A stretch of 64,000 nt of DNA from Candidatus Eiseniibacteriota bacterium (GTDB lineage Bacteria; Eisenbacteria; RBG-16-71-46; CAIMUX01): contig JAWKQE010000010.1 in assembly GCA_041390305.1 (NCBI GenBank), forward strand, positions 939 to 64,938, written 5' to 3'. Below the pieces are notes generated by a model. The model did not search any database. It saw only the letters and a list, made by a program, of their open reading frames with translations, and was not told the DNA's origin. Positions 9,324-18,840 of this stretch are shown here, in pieces (the stretch's first letter is position 1; every line of letters starts with the position of its first letter). The position numbers were made by a program, and so were the translations under genes.

Positions 9324-9659
9324 TCAGCAGGGACGCAGGATCCGCTCCGCGGTCGCCATCACCTGGACCGTCTGGGCCATGTTCCCCACTTCGCCGATCG
9401 CGAGGTCGTCCCGGATGCCGAGATGGTCGAGGCAGGTCCCGCAACTCGCAACCTTCGCCCCCTTCGCCGCGAGGGCCTCCAGCGACTCGAGCGCCGCGCT
9501 CCCCTTGGAGGTGAGGCGGACCCCGTCGTTGACGCAGCCGATCAGGTCCACGTGGACGTCAGACGCGGCGAGCTCCTTGAGAAACGCGAGAAGGAGCTTC
9601 CGGCCCAGGGTGTCGTCTCCCTGCCCCATGCGGTCGGAGTTGAGATAGAGCAAGACCAT
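9324..9659 (-). CDS. DsrE/DsrF-like protein resembling the C-terminal domain of YedF
   Basis: 111 aa from ATG 9657-9659 (AGGAGG upstream): MVLLYLNSDRMGQGDDTLGRKLL...NDGVRLTSKGSAALESLEALAAKGAKVASCGTCLDHLGI...IGEVGNM. This matches my memory of the YedF C-terminal domain pattern (GrGddeLG ... GV.L...GS..L..L..L...G..i..CGTCl). No SirA/TusA-like N-domain is present. Confidence 0.6.
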   Translation of the reverse strand: MVLLYLNSDRMGQGDDTLGRKLLLAFLKELAASDVHVDLIGCVNDGVRLTSKGSAALESLEALAAKGAKVASCGTCLDHLGIRDDLAIGEVGNMAQTVQVMATAERILRPC

Positions 9660-9944
9660 GTCGAGGTGTCCTCCTTTGCCGCTCGAAGCGGCGGGGTGGC
9701 AACGCGGCCGGCGCCGGCGGATGGGAACTGAGAAGGGAGAGCCGTCGGCTCCGTCCCTCCGCCCCCTCCGCGCATTCCGCCCCGCGGGAACAGAGGACTC
9801 TACCGCTCCCCAGGCGACGGGGACAGGAGTTCCGGCCGCAGAAAGTGTGTCGCACTCCCACCGGTTTTTCCGCAACTCGGGCGGACTGGAATGTCTGGGG
9901 GGTAGCCGGCCGTCGGGCCTAGCGCGGCGGCCGAGACTCAGGAG

Positions 9945-11618
9945 GTGTTCGTGCGTTCATCCAACCTTTGGCCACTCCTCAGTGGGACCGTGTCGCTCCG
10001 GCGCGGCGCACTCGCCTCGGCTCTGGTGCTCACCGCCGGCACCGCCGGGATCGGGGGGGCAAACACCGGATCCGCGGAGTGGGTCGACCCACTCGCAGCG
10101 CAGACGGGGACGGTCGCACCCGCTCGCTGGATCGACCCGGTAACGGGCGCTTCCAATCATCACCTCACGCCCGGATCACCGGTTCGGCAGGGCCCCACCT
10201 TCGCCGGGCGGATCCCGCTCACTCCTGGCAGCGGGCCGCTCCCCCCGATCGCCGAACTCCCGATCGCCCTCTTCGAGTCGGTCGCGTTCGGGGACACCGA
10301 CCACGATGCGAAGAACGAGATCATCCTCTACAACGGCTCGAACGGCGACTTCCACTTCCGTGTGCTCGAGGATCAGGGCGACGACACCTACACGGAGGAG
10401 TACGCGGGCCCGTCACTCATCCCCTACGCCGTCTCTGACCTCGATGGCGATGGACTGTCTGAAGTGATCGGACAGGACGGCAACTGGATCTACGTCTACG
10501 AGAGCCCGGACGTCTCGAGCCACCCGACCTTGCTCGCCTGGCGCTCCCCACTCCTCGAGAACATCGTCGGCTACACGGCGGTGGGCGACACGGATCGGGA
10601 CGGCAAGATGGAGATCATCCACTCCCGTAACCCTTGGGAGGGAGACTCAGCTCTTCTCATCTACGAGAGCACGGGAAACAACTCGTTCTCGCTCGTCCTC
10701 GAGGCCCCCACGGGACGGGGCGACAAAGGACGGAAGGCGATCGGCGATTTCGACCAGGACGGCCTGATCGAGATCGTGTTCTGCGGGCTGGAGGGTGACC
10801 TCCACGTGTTCGAATCGAGCGCGGACGACACCTGGACGGAGACGTTCACGCTCGAGACAGGCGTCTACAACGCGTTCTGGTGTATCGGCGGAGAGGATAC
10901 GGACGGGAACGGAAAGCCCGAGTTCTTCCTTCAGGGAAGCCGGATCCAGGGCTGGACGACCTACGTCTTCGAGGCTTCGGGAAACGACACGTACGAGATC
11001 GTCGACACCCTGGTGGAAGACGACGGCTACGTGGGACTCTCTTCCTGCGCACTCGCGCAACTCGAACTCGGTGGACCGACGTACTACATCACGGACATCG
11101 CAGAACACCTCTCCATCTACGAGCCGATCGGGCCCGGGAACTGGGAGAAGGTATACGAACAACCGGACCCGAACGGCACATGGCACCACGGAGTCTTTTC
11201 GCATGACGTGAACCAGAACGGACGGGACGAGCTCGTCTGGACCACGGGAGGCAACTTCGCCACGCTCGTCCTCGAGTCTCCAAACGATCCTTCGGACATC
11301 GGCGGACAGAGCGGATCGAATGGCAGCGGCCTGGCAGACGCCCAAGGACGGCTCGGTTCCCTCCGGGTCGCTCCGAACCCGGTGACCGGCACGGCAACTC
11401 TCGAGAACGTCGCGACGATCCTCGAACAGAGGCAGGTGCGGACCGATCGCCTCCGACTCGAACTGCTCGATGCGTCGGGGCGGAGGATCCGCTCGGAACG
11501 GTTCGATCCGGACGTTCCTCGTTGGAACGCGGGCTCGCTTCCGACGGGTCGGTACATGCTCCGACTGAGCGCAGAGCACGGACCGATCGCAGCGGGACCG
11601 GTCACCATCGTTCGCTGA
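9945..11618 (+). CDS. secreted FG-GAP/VCBS-repeat beta-propeller protein with T9SS-type (Por_Secre_tail / FlgD-Ig-like) C-terminal domain
   Basis: It has a signal-like N-terminus. Six to seven Ca-binding FG-GAP loops are visible: DTDHDAKNEIILY, DLDGDGLSEVIG, DTDRDGKMEIIH, DFDQDGLIEIVF, DTDGNGKPEFFL, DVNQNGRDELVW. The C-terminus is LRVAPNPVTGTATL...LELLDASGRRI...LPTGRYMLRL. A GTG at 9951 sits closer to the AGGAGG and is an alternative start. Confidence 0.8.
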   Translation: MFVRSSNLWPLLSGTVSLRRGALASALVLTAGTAGIGGANTGSAEWVDPLAAQTGTVAPARWIDPVTGASNHHLTPGSPVRQGPTFAGRIPLTPGSGPLPPIAELPIALFESVAFGDTDHDAKNEIILYNGSNGDFHFRVLEDQGDDTYTEEYAGPSLIPYAVSDLDGDGLSEVIGQDGNWIYVYESPDVSSHPTLLAWRSPLLENIVGYTAVGDTDRDGKMEIIHSRNPWEGDSALLIYESTGNNSFSLVLEAPTGRGDKGRKAIGDFDQDGLIEIVFCGLEGDLHVFESSADDTWTETFTLETGVYNAFWCIGGEDTDGNGKPEFFLQGSRIQGWTTYVFEASGNDTYEIVDTLVEDDGYVGLSSCALAQLELGGPTYYITDIAEHLSIYEPIGPGNWEKVYEQPDPNGTWHHGVFSHDVNQNGRDELVWTTGGNFATLVLESPNDPSDIGGQSGSNGSGLADAQGRLGSLRVAPNPVTGTATLENVATILEQRQVRTDRLRLELLDASGRRIRSERFDPDVPRWNAGSLPTGRYMLRLSAEHGPIAAGPVTIVR

Positions 11619-11633
11619 CCCTCCTCCGCCGAC

Positions 11634-11652
11634 GCTGGCGGCCCACGCCAGC
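11634..11652 (+). terminator. weak candidate stem-loop after the FG-GAP gene
   Basis: gctggcg / gccca / cgccagc gives a 7-bp stem 16 nt after the TGA at 11616-11618. There is no U-tract. Confidence 0.25.
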
Positions 11653-11778
11653 CGCCGACCGGAGCCCCGTGATGAGGGTCCGGTGACCGAGCCGAGCTTG
11701 CACGCGGGTGCCGCGCCGCCGTACCTTCTCGCCAGCGCAGCACTCCCTCCACCGCGGTGGAGGAGATCGGGGGTTGGG

Positions 11779-13146
11779 ATGGACCGGATCCGCTTCACCC
11801 TCATCAACCCGACGGCGCCGCTCTGGCGCGCACGGGAGCGCGGACGTGGGCTCGGGCCGCGCGTCTTCCGCTTTTCGATGCTGCCGAGCCTCTACGTCGC
11901 CGCCTCGATGCCACCCGATGTCGAAACTCGGATCGTGGACGAAGACGTGGAGCCGATCGACTTCGGGGACGACGTCGATCTCGTCGGGATCTCCCTGATG
12001 ACGTTCAACGCACCCCGCGCCTACGAAGTGGCCGATCGATTCCGTGCGCGTGGCGTGCCGGTCATCCTGGGCGGCTATCATCCGACCTTCCTCCCGGAGG
12101 AAGCGTTGGCCCACGCGGATGCCGTGTGCGTCGGCGAAGCAGAAGCGAACGTCCCGGCGATGATGGAGGACTTTCGCGGCGGCAGGCTTCGCGGGGTCTA
12201 CGAGAGCGACCCGATCGACCTCGCGAACGTTCCGAGTCCCGATCGGTCGCTCGTCAAGAAACGCGCCTACATCTCCGGGAACGTGGTCCAGGCCACGCGA
12301 GGCTGTCCCTATCGGTGTCGCTTCTGTTCCGTGTCCGCGTTCCACCGGTACCAGATCCGCACCCGCCCCGTCCCCCAGGTGATCGAGGAGCTGAAGACCG
12401 TGGGGAGGCACGTTCTCTTCATGGACGACTCGCTCATCTCCGACCGTGAGTACGCGAAGGAGCTGTTCGCCGCGATGATTCCGCTCGGCAAGACCTGGTT
12501 CAGCCAGTGCAGCAGCCAGATCGCAAACGACCCGACGCTCCTCGAACTCGCCGCCCGGAGCGGTTGCCGCGGACTCTTCGTCGGCTTCGAGTCCCTCTCA
12601 CAGTCGAACCTCGACCGGTGGAGCAAGGGCCGAAGCCGGGCCAAGGACTACACGGAGACCGTCCGTCGACTCCACGCCGCGGGGATCGGCGTATGCGCCG
12701 GAATCGTGTTCGGGGGTGACGACGACGGCGAGGACGTGTTCCCACGGACACTGGAGTTCCTGCTCGACGCGAACGTGGATGCACTCCAGGCCACGCGGCT
12801 GACGCCTTTCCCCGGAACGCCTCTCTTCACGGACATGGAGCGAGACGGGCGGATCTTCGACCACGACTGGTCGCACTACGACTTCAGCAACGTCGTCTTC
12901 CAGCCCGCGCACATGACTCCCAAGACCCTGGACCAAGGGACGGCCTGGGTGCTGCGCCACTTCTACTCTCGGCGCGAGATCGCGCGGCGCTTCTGGCGGG
13001 AGCGCTCCTATATCGGGCGGTCCGCATTCACCCGAGCCGTCCTCCCGCTCAACCTCGGGTACCGGACGCGGCTCGGAAAGAACGGCACGTTCGCCCGAGG
13101 TGGGCGCTACACTCCGCCCACCGCGAGGCCCCGCAACAAGTCCTAG
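11779..13146 (+). CDS. B12-binding domain-containing radical SAM protein
   Basis: From MDRIRFTLINP... the N-terminal cobalamin-binding-type region is DLVGISLMTFNAPRAYEVADRFRARGVPVILGGYHPT. The radical SAM cluster motif is ATRGCPYRCRFCS, and FVGFESLSQ follows. Confidence 0.85.
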   Translation: MDRIRFTLINPTAPLWRARERGRGLGPRVFRFSMLPSLYVAASMPPDVETRIVDEDVEPIDFGDDVDLVGISLMTFNAPRAYEVADRFRARGVPVILGGYHPTFLPEEALAHADAVCVGEAEANVPAMMEDFRGGRLRGVYESDPIDLANVPSPDRSLVKKRAYISGNVVQATRGCPYRCRFCSVSAFHRYQIRTRPVPQVIEELKTVGRHVLFMDDSLISDREYAKELFAAMIPLGKTWFSQCSSQIANDPTLLELAARSGCRGLFVGFESLSQSNLDRWSKGRSRAKDYTETVRRLHAAGIGVCAGIVFGGDDDGEDVFPRTLEFLLDANVDALQATRLTPFPGTPLFTDMERDGRIFDHDWSHYDFSNVVFQPAHMTPKTLDQGTAWVLRHFYSRREIARRFWRERSYIGRSAFTRAVLPLNLGYRTRLGKNGTFARGGRYTPPTARPRNKS

Positions 13147-13150
13147 TCTT

Positions 13151-13220
13151 GCCGGAGTCGCGTCACTCGCCCGAGTCGCATCTCTGGGCGCAGTCGCGTC
13201 TGTGGCAGTCGTGGTCTTGG
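13151..13220. repeat. four copies of AGTCGC(G/A)TC at roughly 18-nt spacing in the rSAM-sulP intergenic region
   Basis: AGTCGCGTC at 13156, AGTCGCATC at 13174, AGTCGCGTC at 13192, and the degenerate AGTCGTGGTC at 13207. Confidence 0.5.
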
Positions 13221-13353
13221 CCCCGGCCGCCGTGCTGGCTCGACCTTGGCCGCCGCCCCAACCGGCCCTGGCCCCCGATTCCCATTGTCCTCTCGAACGA
13301 CCGGGTCGTATTCTGCCGCGCAATCGTATCTTCGTACTCGTCCTGGAGAGCCC

Positions 13354-15045
13354 ATGTCCACGCCGGTCGACCTACAGTCGCGCCTCGTCCCGAAACTCTG
13401 GACCGTCCTCCAGGAGGGCTACTCCTGGGACCGGTTCCGACAGGACCTCTTCGCGGGACTCATCGTGGGCATCGTCGCGCTTCCGCTCTCCCTCGCGTTC
13501 GCCATCGCATCCGGAGTGAAGCCGGAGCAGGGGCTCTACACCGCGATCATCGGCGGCTTCCTCATCTCCGTCCTCGGTGGGAGTCGCTGCCAGATCGGCG
13601 GCCCGACCGGCGCCTTCATCGTCATCGTCTACGGAGTGGTCCAGGAGTTCGGGTATGAGGGGCTCGCGGTGGCGACGCTCCTGGCCGGCGTCCTTCTCAT
13701 CGCGATGGGGGTCGCAAAGCTCGGCGCGGTCGTCAAGTTCGTGCCGTACCCGGTGACGGTGGGGTTCACGAGCGGGATCGCACTCATCATCGCGACCTCT
13801 CAGGTCCGCGAGTTTCTCGGCCTCCAGATGGAGTCGGTCCCGGGTGACTTCATCCCCAAGATCGAGGCGTACGCGACGCACATCTCGACGTGGAACCCCT
13901 ACGCGGTCGCGGTCGGACTCGCGTCGCTTCTCATCGTCGTCTCCATGCCTCGGCTCACCCGGCGCGTTCCGGGGCCGATCGTGGCTCTCCTCGCGACGAC
14001 CGCGGCCGTGCAGCTACTCTCTCTGCCGGTCGAGACGATCGGTGGACGGTTCGGTGAGGTTCCGAACATGCTCCCGACCCCGTCGATTCCGAAGTTCGAC
14101 CTCGCGCTCGTTCGGGATGTCTCCCCCGCCGCCCTCTCGATCGCGCTTCTCGCCGCGATCGAATCCCTCCTCTCCGCGGTCGTCGCGGACGGAATGGCGG
14201 GAACCCATCACCGGTCCAACATGGAACTCGTGGCGCAGGGGGTCGCGAACCTCGCCTCTCCTATCTTCGGCGGCATCCCGGCCACGGGAGCGATCGCACG
14301 GACCGCGACGAACATCCGGAACGGCGGACGGACGCCGATCGCGGGAATCGTCCACTCCGTCACACTCCTCCTGATCCTCCTCTTCCTCGGACGGTGGGCC
14401 GCGCTCGTCCCGATTCCGGCTCTGGCCGGAATCCTGCTCGTCGTCTCGTACAACATGAGCGAGTGGCGCGTCTTCCGGCACCTCTTCCGGAGTCCGCGGA
14501 GCGACGTCGCCGTCCTCCTCATCACGTTCTTCCTCACCGTGCTCGTCGATCTCACCGTCGCGCTCGAGGTCGGCATCGTGCTCGCCGCGTTCCTCTTCAT
14601 GCGACGGATGGCGATGCTTGCCCAGGTGGGATACGCGACAGAGATGCTGAGGGAGGAAGAGGACGGCACGGCCCGCGACCCGAACGCCATCGCGACTCGA
14701 TCGGTGCCGGAGGGAGTCGCCGTGTTCGAGATCTACGGTCCGTTCTTCTTCGGAGCAGCGAGCAAGTTCAAGGACGCGCTGGCCCAGATCCAGCGGCCAC
14801 CCAAGGTCTTGATCCTTCGGATGCGGGAGGTGCATGGAGTCGACGCCACCGCTCTCCGCGCGCTCCAGGACGTGCTCGAGAAGGCGCGAAAGGACGGCAC
14901 CCAGGTGGTTCTCTCCGGCGCCCCCAAGTCGACCCTGAATCTTCTCGATCGGTCGGGACTCCTGAACGAACTCGACGCGCGAAACATCTGTAGAGACATC
15001 GACGATGCACTCGCCCGCTCGAGGCAGATCGTGGGGGCGGACTGA
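13354..15045 (+). CDS. SulP family anion transporter with C-terminal STAS domain
   Basis: From MSTPVDLQ..: LFAGLIVGIVALPLSLAFAIASGV, GGSRCQIGGPTGAF, many TM helices, and a STAS-like tail VLILRMREVHGVDATALRALQDVLEKARKDGTQVVLSGA. Confidence 0.9.
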   Translation: MSTPVDLQSRLVPKLWTVLQEGYSWDRFRQDLFAGLIVGIVALPLSLAFAIASGVKPEQGLYTAIIGGFLISVLGGSRCQIGGPTGAFIVIVYGVVQEFGYEGLAVATLLAGVLLIAMGVAKLGAVVKFVPYPVTVGFTSGIALIIATSQVREFLGLQMESVPGDFIPKIEAYATHISTWNPYAVAVGLASLLIVVSMPRLTRRVPGPIVALLATTAAVQLLSLPVETIGGRFGEVPNMLPTPSIPKFDLALVRDVSPAALSIALLAAIESLLSAVVADGMAGTHHRSNMELVAQGVANLASPIFGGIPATGAIARTATNIRNGGRTPIAGIVHSVTLLLILLFLGRWAALVPIPALAGILLVVSYNMSEWRVFRHLFRSPRSDVAVLLITFFLTVLVDLTVALEVGIVLAAFLFMRRMAMLAQVGYATEMLREEEDGTARDPNAIATRSVPEGVAVFEIYGPFFFGAASKFKDALAQIQRPPKVLILRMREVHGVDATALRALQDVLEKARKDGTQVVLSGAPKSTLNLLDRSGLLNELDARNICRDIDDALARSRQIVGAD

Positions 15046-15046
15046 G

Positions 15047-15406
15047 ATGCCGCCCTACGCCTGGACGATCGTCCTCCTCTGTCTCTCGAACGTGTTCATG
15101 ACCTTTGCCTGGTACGCCCATCTCCGAAACCTGGGAGACAGGCCGTGGATCATCGCAGCCCTCGTCAGCTGGGGAATCGCGCTCTTCGAGTATCTGCTCC
15201 AGGTACCGGCCAACCGGATCGGATTCGGCGTCCTCACGCTTCCTCAGCTCAAGATCCTCCAGGAAGTGATCACGCTCGTTGTCTTCGTTCCGTTCTCGAT
15301 CTTCTACATGAGGCAGCCGCTCCGCCTGGACTTCCTGTGGGCCGCGCTCTGCCTCTGCGGAGCCGTGTACTTCATGTTCCGCGGTGGGGGGACCGTCGCG
15401 CACTGA
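15047..15406 (+). CDS. small DMT-superfamily membrane protein (DUF486-like)
   Basis: MPPYAWTIVLLCLSNVFMTFAWYAHLR...LQVPANRIGF..LTLPQLKILQEVITLVVF, with 4 TM helices. The ATG lies 1 nt after the sulP TGA. Confidence 0.7.
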   Translation: MPPYAWTIVLLCLSNVFMTFAWYAHLRNLGDRPWIIAALVSWGIALFEYLLQVPANRIGFGVLTLPQLKILQEVITLVVFVPFSIFYMRQPLRLDFLWAALCLCGAVYFMFRGGGTVAH

Positions 15407-15413
15407 TTGACCA

Positions 15414-16286
15414 CTAACGATCGCCGTCAGGCTCTCCGCGGAAGTTCGACTTCACCTTTCCCCAGCTCATCGGCGCGACCGGCGTGAAGCAGTTGGGCGA
15501 GCACGGCACGTTGGCGCCGAGGAAGGTTCCCTCGCTGTTGCGACACTCCAGCTCCCCCATGGCCCGGCACGTGCCGTCGGGAAGGCAGCAGGAACCGATT
15601 TCGTCCTGCGGATCGATCGAGCCCGGGAACGGATTGAACCCGTACCCGCCGTTCAGTCCGAAGACCCCACAATCCTGAAGAGCGATCGCGTCGAGCACGG
15701 AAGGGATGGAGTCGTCGGCGAGAAGTGGCACCGACTCGTCCGGGAACGGAGTCAGGGAGACGCGGGCGATCGTGTCGTAGGCGTAGGCGGCGAACCAGTA
15801 GATCGGCACCGCGTACTCCGTCTGCGCTTCGGTCCAGGTGACGGCAACGCCACTGTTCGGTTCCGTCGGCCAACCCGCCGTGGGGAGTTCGAAGTCGCCG
15901 CAGGTGCCCCAGTCGACCAAGTTGAGGTGATGGCTCTCCGGCCAGGTGATCCCGAACTGAGCGCCCGAAATCCGCGGGCACCCACTCGGAAAGACGGCGA
16001 CGAGCCAGAACACCGCGGTCTCGCCCCCGATCCCGGACGACGCGGGCATGCCCAGCAGTTCCGCGATGCACGCGTCTTCCGGGCCCGGGCAGTTCGCCGT
16101 CGGTTCACACGATGCGTAGCCGAAGCCCTCGTACGACGCGACGTCGTCCGCGGTGTAGATGATCGAGTCATTCGTGTGGAAATGGAGGAAACCGTAGGCG
16201 TTCGGCCCCGCGAAAGAGGCCCCGGCGAAGGACGAGATGGCGATGAAGGCGGAGGCGAAGGCGAAGAACAGGGCCCGGCGGTTCAT
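15414..16286 (-). CDS. exported Cys-rich protein of unknown function (paralog A)
   Basis: The signal peptide is MNRRALFFAFASAFIAISSFAGASFA. It shares AGPNA.G, R.SG..FG, CGDFELPT..WP.P..G.AVTW, ADD..PS.LD, CCLPDG.C and a C-terminal SWGKVKSNFR with the protein at 20861..21796. Confidence 0.65.
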   Translation of the reverse strand: MNRRALFFAFASAFIAISSFAGASFAGPNAYGFLHFHTNDSIIYTADDVASYEGFGYASCEPTANCPGPEDACIAELLGMPASSGIGGETAVFWLVAVFPSGCPRISGAQFGITWPESHHLNLVDWGTCGDFELPTAGWPTEPNSGVAVTWTEAQTEYAVPIYWFAAYAYDTIARVSLTPFPDESVPLLADDSIPSVLDAIALQDCGVFGLNGGYGFNPFPGSIDPQDEIGSCCLPDGTCRAMGELECRNSEGTFLGANVPCSPNCFTPVAPMSWGKVKSNFRGEPDGDR

Positions 16287-16526
16287 GGCACCCCCTGAAA
16301 CGAGAAACCCCGGCGTCCTCGTGTCCCAAGGGTAGCACTCGGCGGACGTGCCCGAAAGCCGGGACGATGGCGCAGGCTGGCCCATTTCGGCCCCCTCCGT
16401 GCCCGCTTCCCGGCCTCAAAGCGGTTGCCGGAGAACCGAATGCGAAGTCCGGCGGCGTCCGCTGAAGTTCCCCCGGCGGAGCGTCGATCTCGTACTCGTA
16501 GACGAACCCACATCGGAGATTGCCCC

Positions 16527-18680
16527 ATGACCGACTCTCTTCCTGGAAACGTGCCGCCTCCCCCGCCTTCGGATGTTCCGAACTCCGAAGTGGCTCCGGG
16601 CCAGGCGAGCACCTCGCCACACACGACGCTCGGCGAGGACATCTTCGAGCTCATCCAGGAAGGTGTCGCGGTGCTCGATCCGAGCCTCTCGATCCAGCTC
16701 GCGAACCCCGCGTTCCGTCAGCAGCTCCGTGTCGACATGACGGCGCAGCCGCGGCCCTCGGTGGCGACGCATCCGCTCGTCCTGGGCCAGGTGGTCGGGG
16801 CAACGGAGCCACGCACCCTCTTCGACGCCCTCAAGCAGACGATCGAGACCGGAGTGCGGCTCGGCCCGGTCGATGTCGAGTTCCGCTTCCCCGAGAGCGA
16901 AGACGTCGTGCGGTTCTCCGTTCAGGCCAAACGTCGACTCTCGATCAACGAGCACGCGGAGCGGATCATCCTGTGGGTCAAACCGGTGATGACCCAGGCA
17001 AGCCCCACGGGTGACGCGAGTGGCTCGTCCCATGAAGGTGACCACGCAGTCCGCAGGACGGCAGGCTCCAGCTCGGGGTCGACTGGTCCGGACGCAGCGT
17101 CGACGGGCGCCAACGGAGCCGCATCGATCGGCGCCCACGGAACGGCACACACAGGTCACGGCACGCAGCTTTCGGGCAGCGGGTCGGTGGAACAGGACGT
17201 GCAGAGCCTCGTCCGTGCGTTCGACCTCTTCACCGACTTCGGCCAGCTCTGTAACCACGTACTCGATCTCGCGCGCGAGGTCGCGCACGCGGGTTCCGGC
17301 AGCCTCATGCTGATCCAGCCGAACGGGCGTGAACTCGGTATCGTCGCGTCGCACGGGCTCAGTGATCAGGTCATCTCCGGCACCCGGCTCCCCCTCGGCG
17401 AGGGAATCGCGGGCCGTGTCGCCGAGACCGGTGAGCCGCTGCTCCTCGACGGAAGAGTCGGCGACAGCCGCTTCCGCGGCATCGGGGGACGGCCCGAGGT
17501 CTTCTCCTCCGTCTGCGTCCCGATCAAGACGAACGGACAGGTGCTGGGGGTCCTCAGCCTCAACTCGGCCCCGAACGGCGGCCCGTTCGACGAGTCCACG
17601 CGGGACCGCACGGCCGAACTCGGCCTACAGCTCGGCGCCGTGCTCCGTCACTCCCACCAGTTCCAGGCGATGAAGCAGCGCTCGACGCAGCTCGCGATCC
17701 GGGCCGAGATCGAGACGATCGCGTACGCACACGACGACCTCGACACGAAGCTCCGCAAGGTGCTTCCTTCGGTCGAGCGGCTCCTCCACGTCGACACCTG
17801 CCAGATCTGGCTCGTCGATGGAGAGAAGACCTGTCTCCACCTCACCTCGAGTCTCGGCCTCCAGACGATGGGCCCTGGCCGCATCTCCGTGCCGCTCGGC
17901 GTCGGACTGGTCGGCTGGGCCGCACAGCAGAAAGCACCCGCGACGCTCACGACCCGGAATCACCGGGACCCGAACGCATCCCACGGATTCACGACGCTGG
18001 CCGTGCCGATGCGAAAGGGCGACGAAGTCCTCGGCGTGCTCGTGGTCGAGGACAGTCGGGCGGCCGAAAGCGCGGGTGAACTCCGTGAGGTCGTCGTGAC
18101 GATCGCGGAAGCCATCGGCCGGGTGATCCGGGACGCCGAGGTCCAGGACGAGTCCAAGCGGAAGCTCACCGTCCTCTCCGCTCTCAGCGAGATCGGCCTC
18201 GCCATGACCGACTCACCAGACTCCGCCAGCTTCGCGAAACTCGCGGCCTACTGCGCGGTCACGATCCTCGAACGCGACATCGCGTTCGTCCGGCTCGCTC
18301 CAGGCGCGATCTCGAACCGGGTGACCCAATCGGCCGAACTGGAGCTGCTCGCGGCGCACGGGATCTCCGCCCCAGAGAGCGACGAACCGCTCGGAAGGCT
18401 CGAGTCGTTCCTCATCGATCAGGTGATCGCGACCGGCCAGATCAAGCGCGATCTCGACGTCGCCGCTCCCGAGGTGAAAGCCCTCATGGAGCAGGCGGAC
18501 GTCCGCGCCGCGCTCTGCATTCCGCTCATGTCGGGAGATGCACTCGTCGGCACGATCTCGGTGTTCGGGGCGGGCTCGTCCCCCAGCGCCGTCGACCGCG
18601 CGAACGAACTCGACATCGGGGAACGGCTGGGCGACTACGCCGCGGCCGCGGCCCGGCGCTTCGTCCTCCTCGCGTCCTGA
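16527..18680 (+). CDS. PAS-like plus three GAF domain protein with no recognisable output domain
   Basis: From MTDSLPG..: a PAS-like segment (IQEGVAVLDPSLSIQLANPAFRQQL); a Ser/Gly/Ala/His low-complexity linker; then three GAF-like blocks (SGSLMLIQPNG..GEGIAGRVAETGEPLLL..VCVPIK..GVLSLN; TCQIWLVDGE..GVGLVGWAA..LAVPMRKGDEVLGVLVVE; and a third ending CIPLMSGDALVGTISVF). Confidence 0.7.
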   Translation: MTDSLPGNVPPPPPSDVPNSEVAPGQASTSPHTTLGEDIFELIQEGVAVLDPSLSIQLANPAFRQQLRVDMTAQPRPSVATHPLVLGQVVGATEPRTLFDALKQTIETGVRLGPVDVEFRFPESEDVVRFSVQAKRRLSINEHAERIILWVKPVMTQASPTGDASGSSHEGDHAVRRTAGSSSGSTGPDAASTGANGAASIGAHGTAHTGHGTQLSGSGSVEQDVQSLVRAFDLFTDFGQLCNHVLDLAREVAHAGSGSLMLIQPNGRELGIVASHGLSDQVISGTRLPLGEGIAGRVAETGEPLLLDGRVGDSRFRGIGGRPEVFSSVCVPIKTNGQVLGVLSLNSAPNGGPFDESTRDRTAELGLQLGAVLRHSHQFQAMKQRSTQLAIRAEIETIAYAHDDLDTKLRKVLPSVERLLHVDTCQIWLVDGEKTCLHLTSSLGLQTMGPGRISVPLGVGLVGWAAQQKAPATLTTRNHRDPNASHGFTTLAVPMRKGDEVLGVLVVEDSRAAESAGELREVVVTIAEAIGRVIRDAEVQDESKRKLTVLSALSEIGLAMTDSPDSASFAKLAAYCAVTILERDIAFVRLAPGAISNRVTQSAELELLAAHGISAPESDEPLGRLESFLIDQVIATGQIKRDLDVAAPEVKALMEQADVRAALCIPLMSGDALVGTISVFGAGSSPSAVDRANELDIGERLGDYAAAAARRFVLLAS

Positions 18681-18840
18681 CGGGCCCGTCGGCGCGGTTC
18701 CCGTAGGTTGAACGACGGTCCGGTCGCCGGCTCACGATGACGGTTGGTTGGGCGGAGCGTGCCAGGCGACTCCACGTTTCGGGGGTCCCGTATGCGCAAC
18801 ACACTCCTCCCGTCACCTATAGTCCGGGTCCGAGGTCGGA

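Noticed and set aside
13149-13353. Trp-rich micro-ORF after the radical SAM gene as a RiPP precursor
   Set aside because: It has a TTG start without a Shine-Dalgarno element and runs into the sulP start in another frame. Its apparent periodicity comes from the AGTCGC DNA repeat. It is kept only as a low-score remark.
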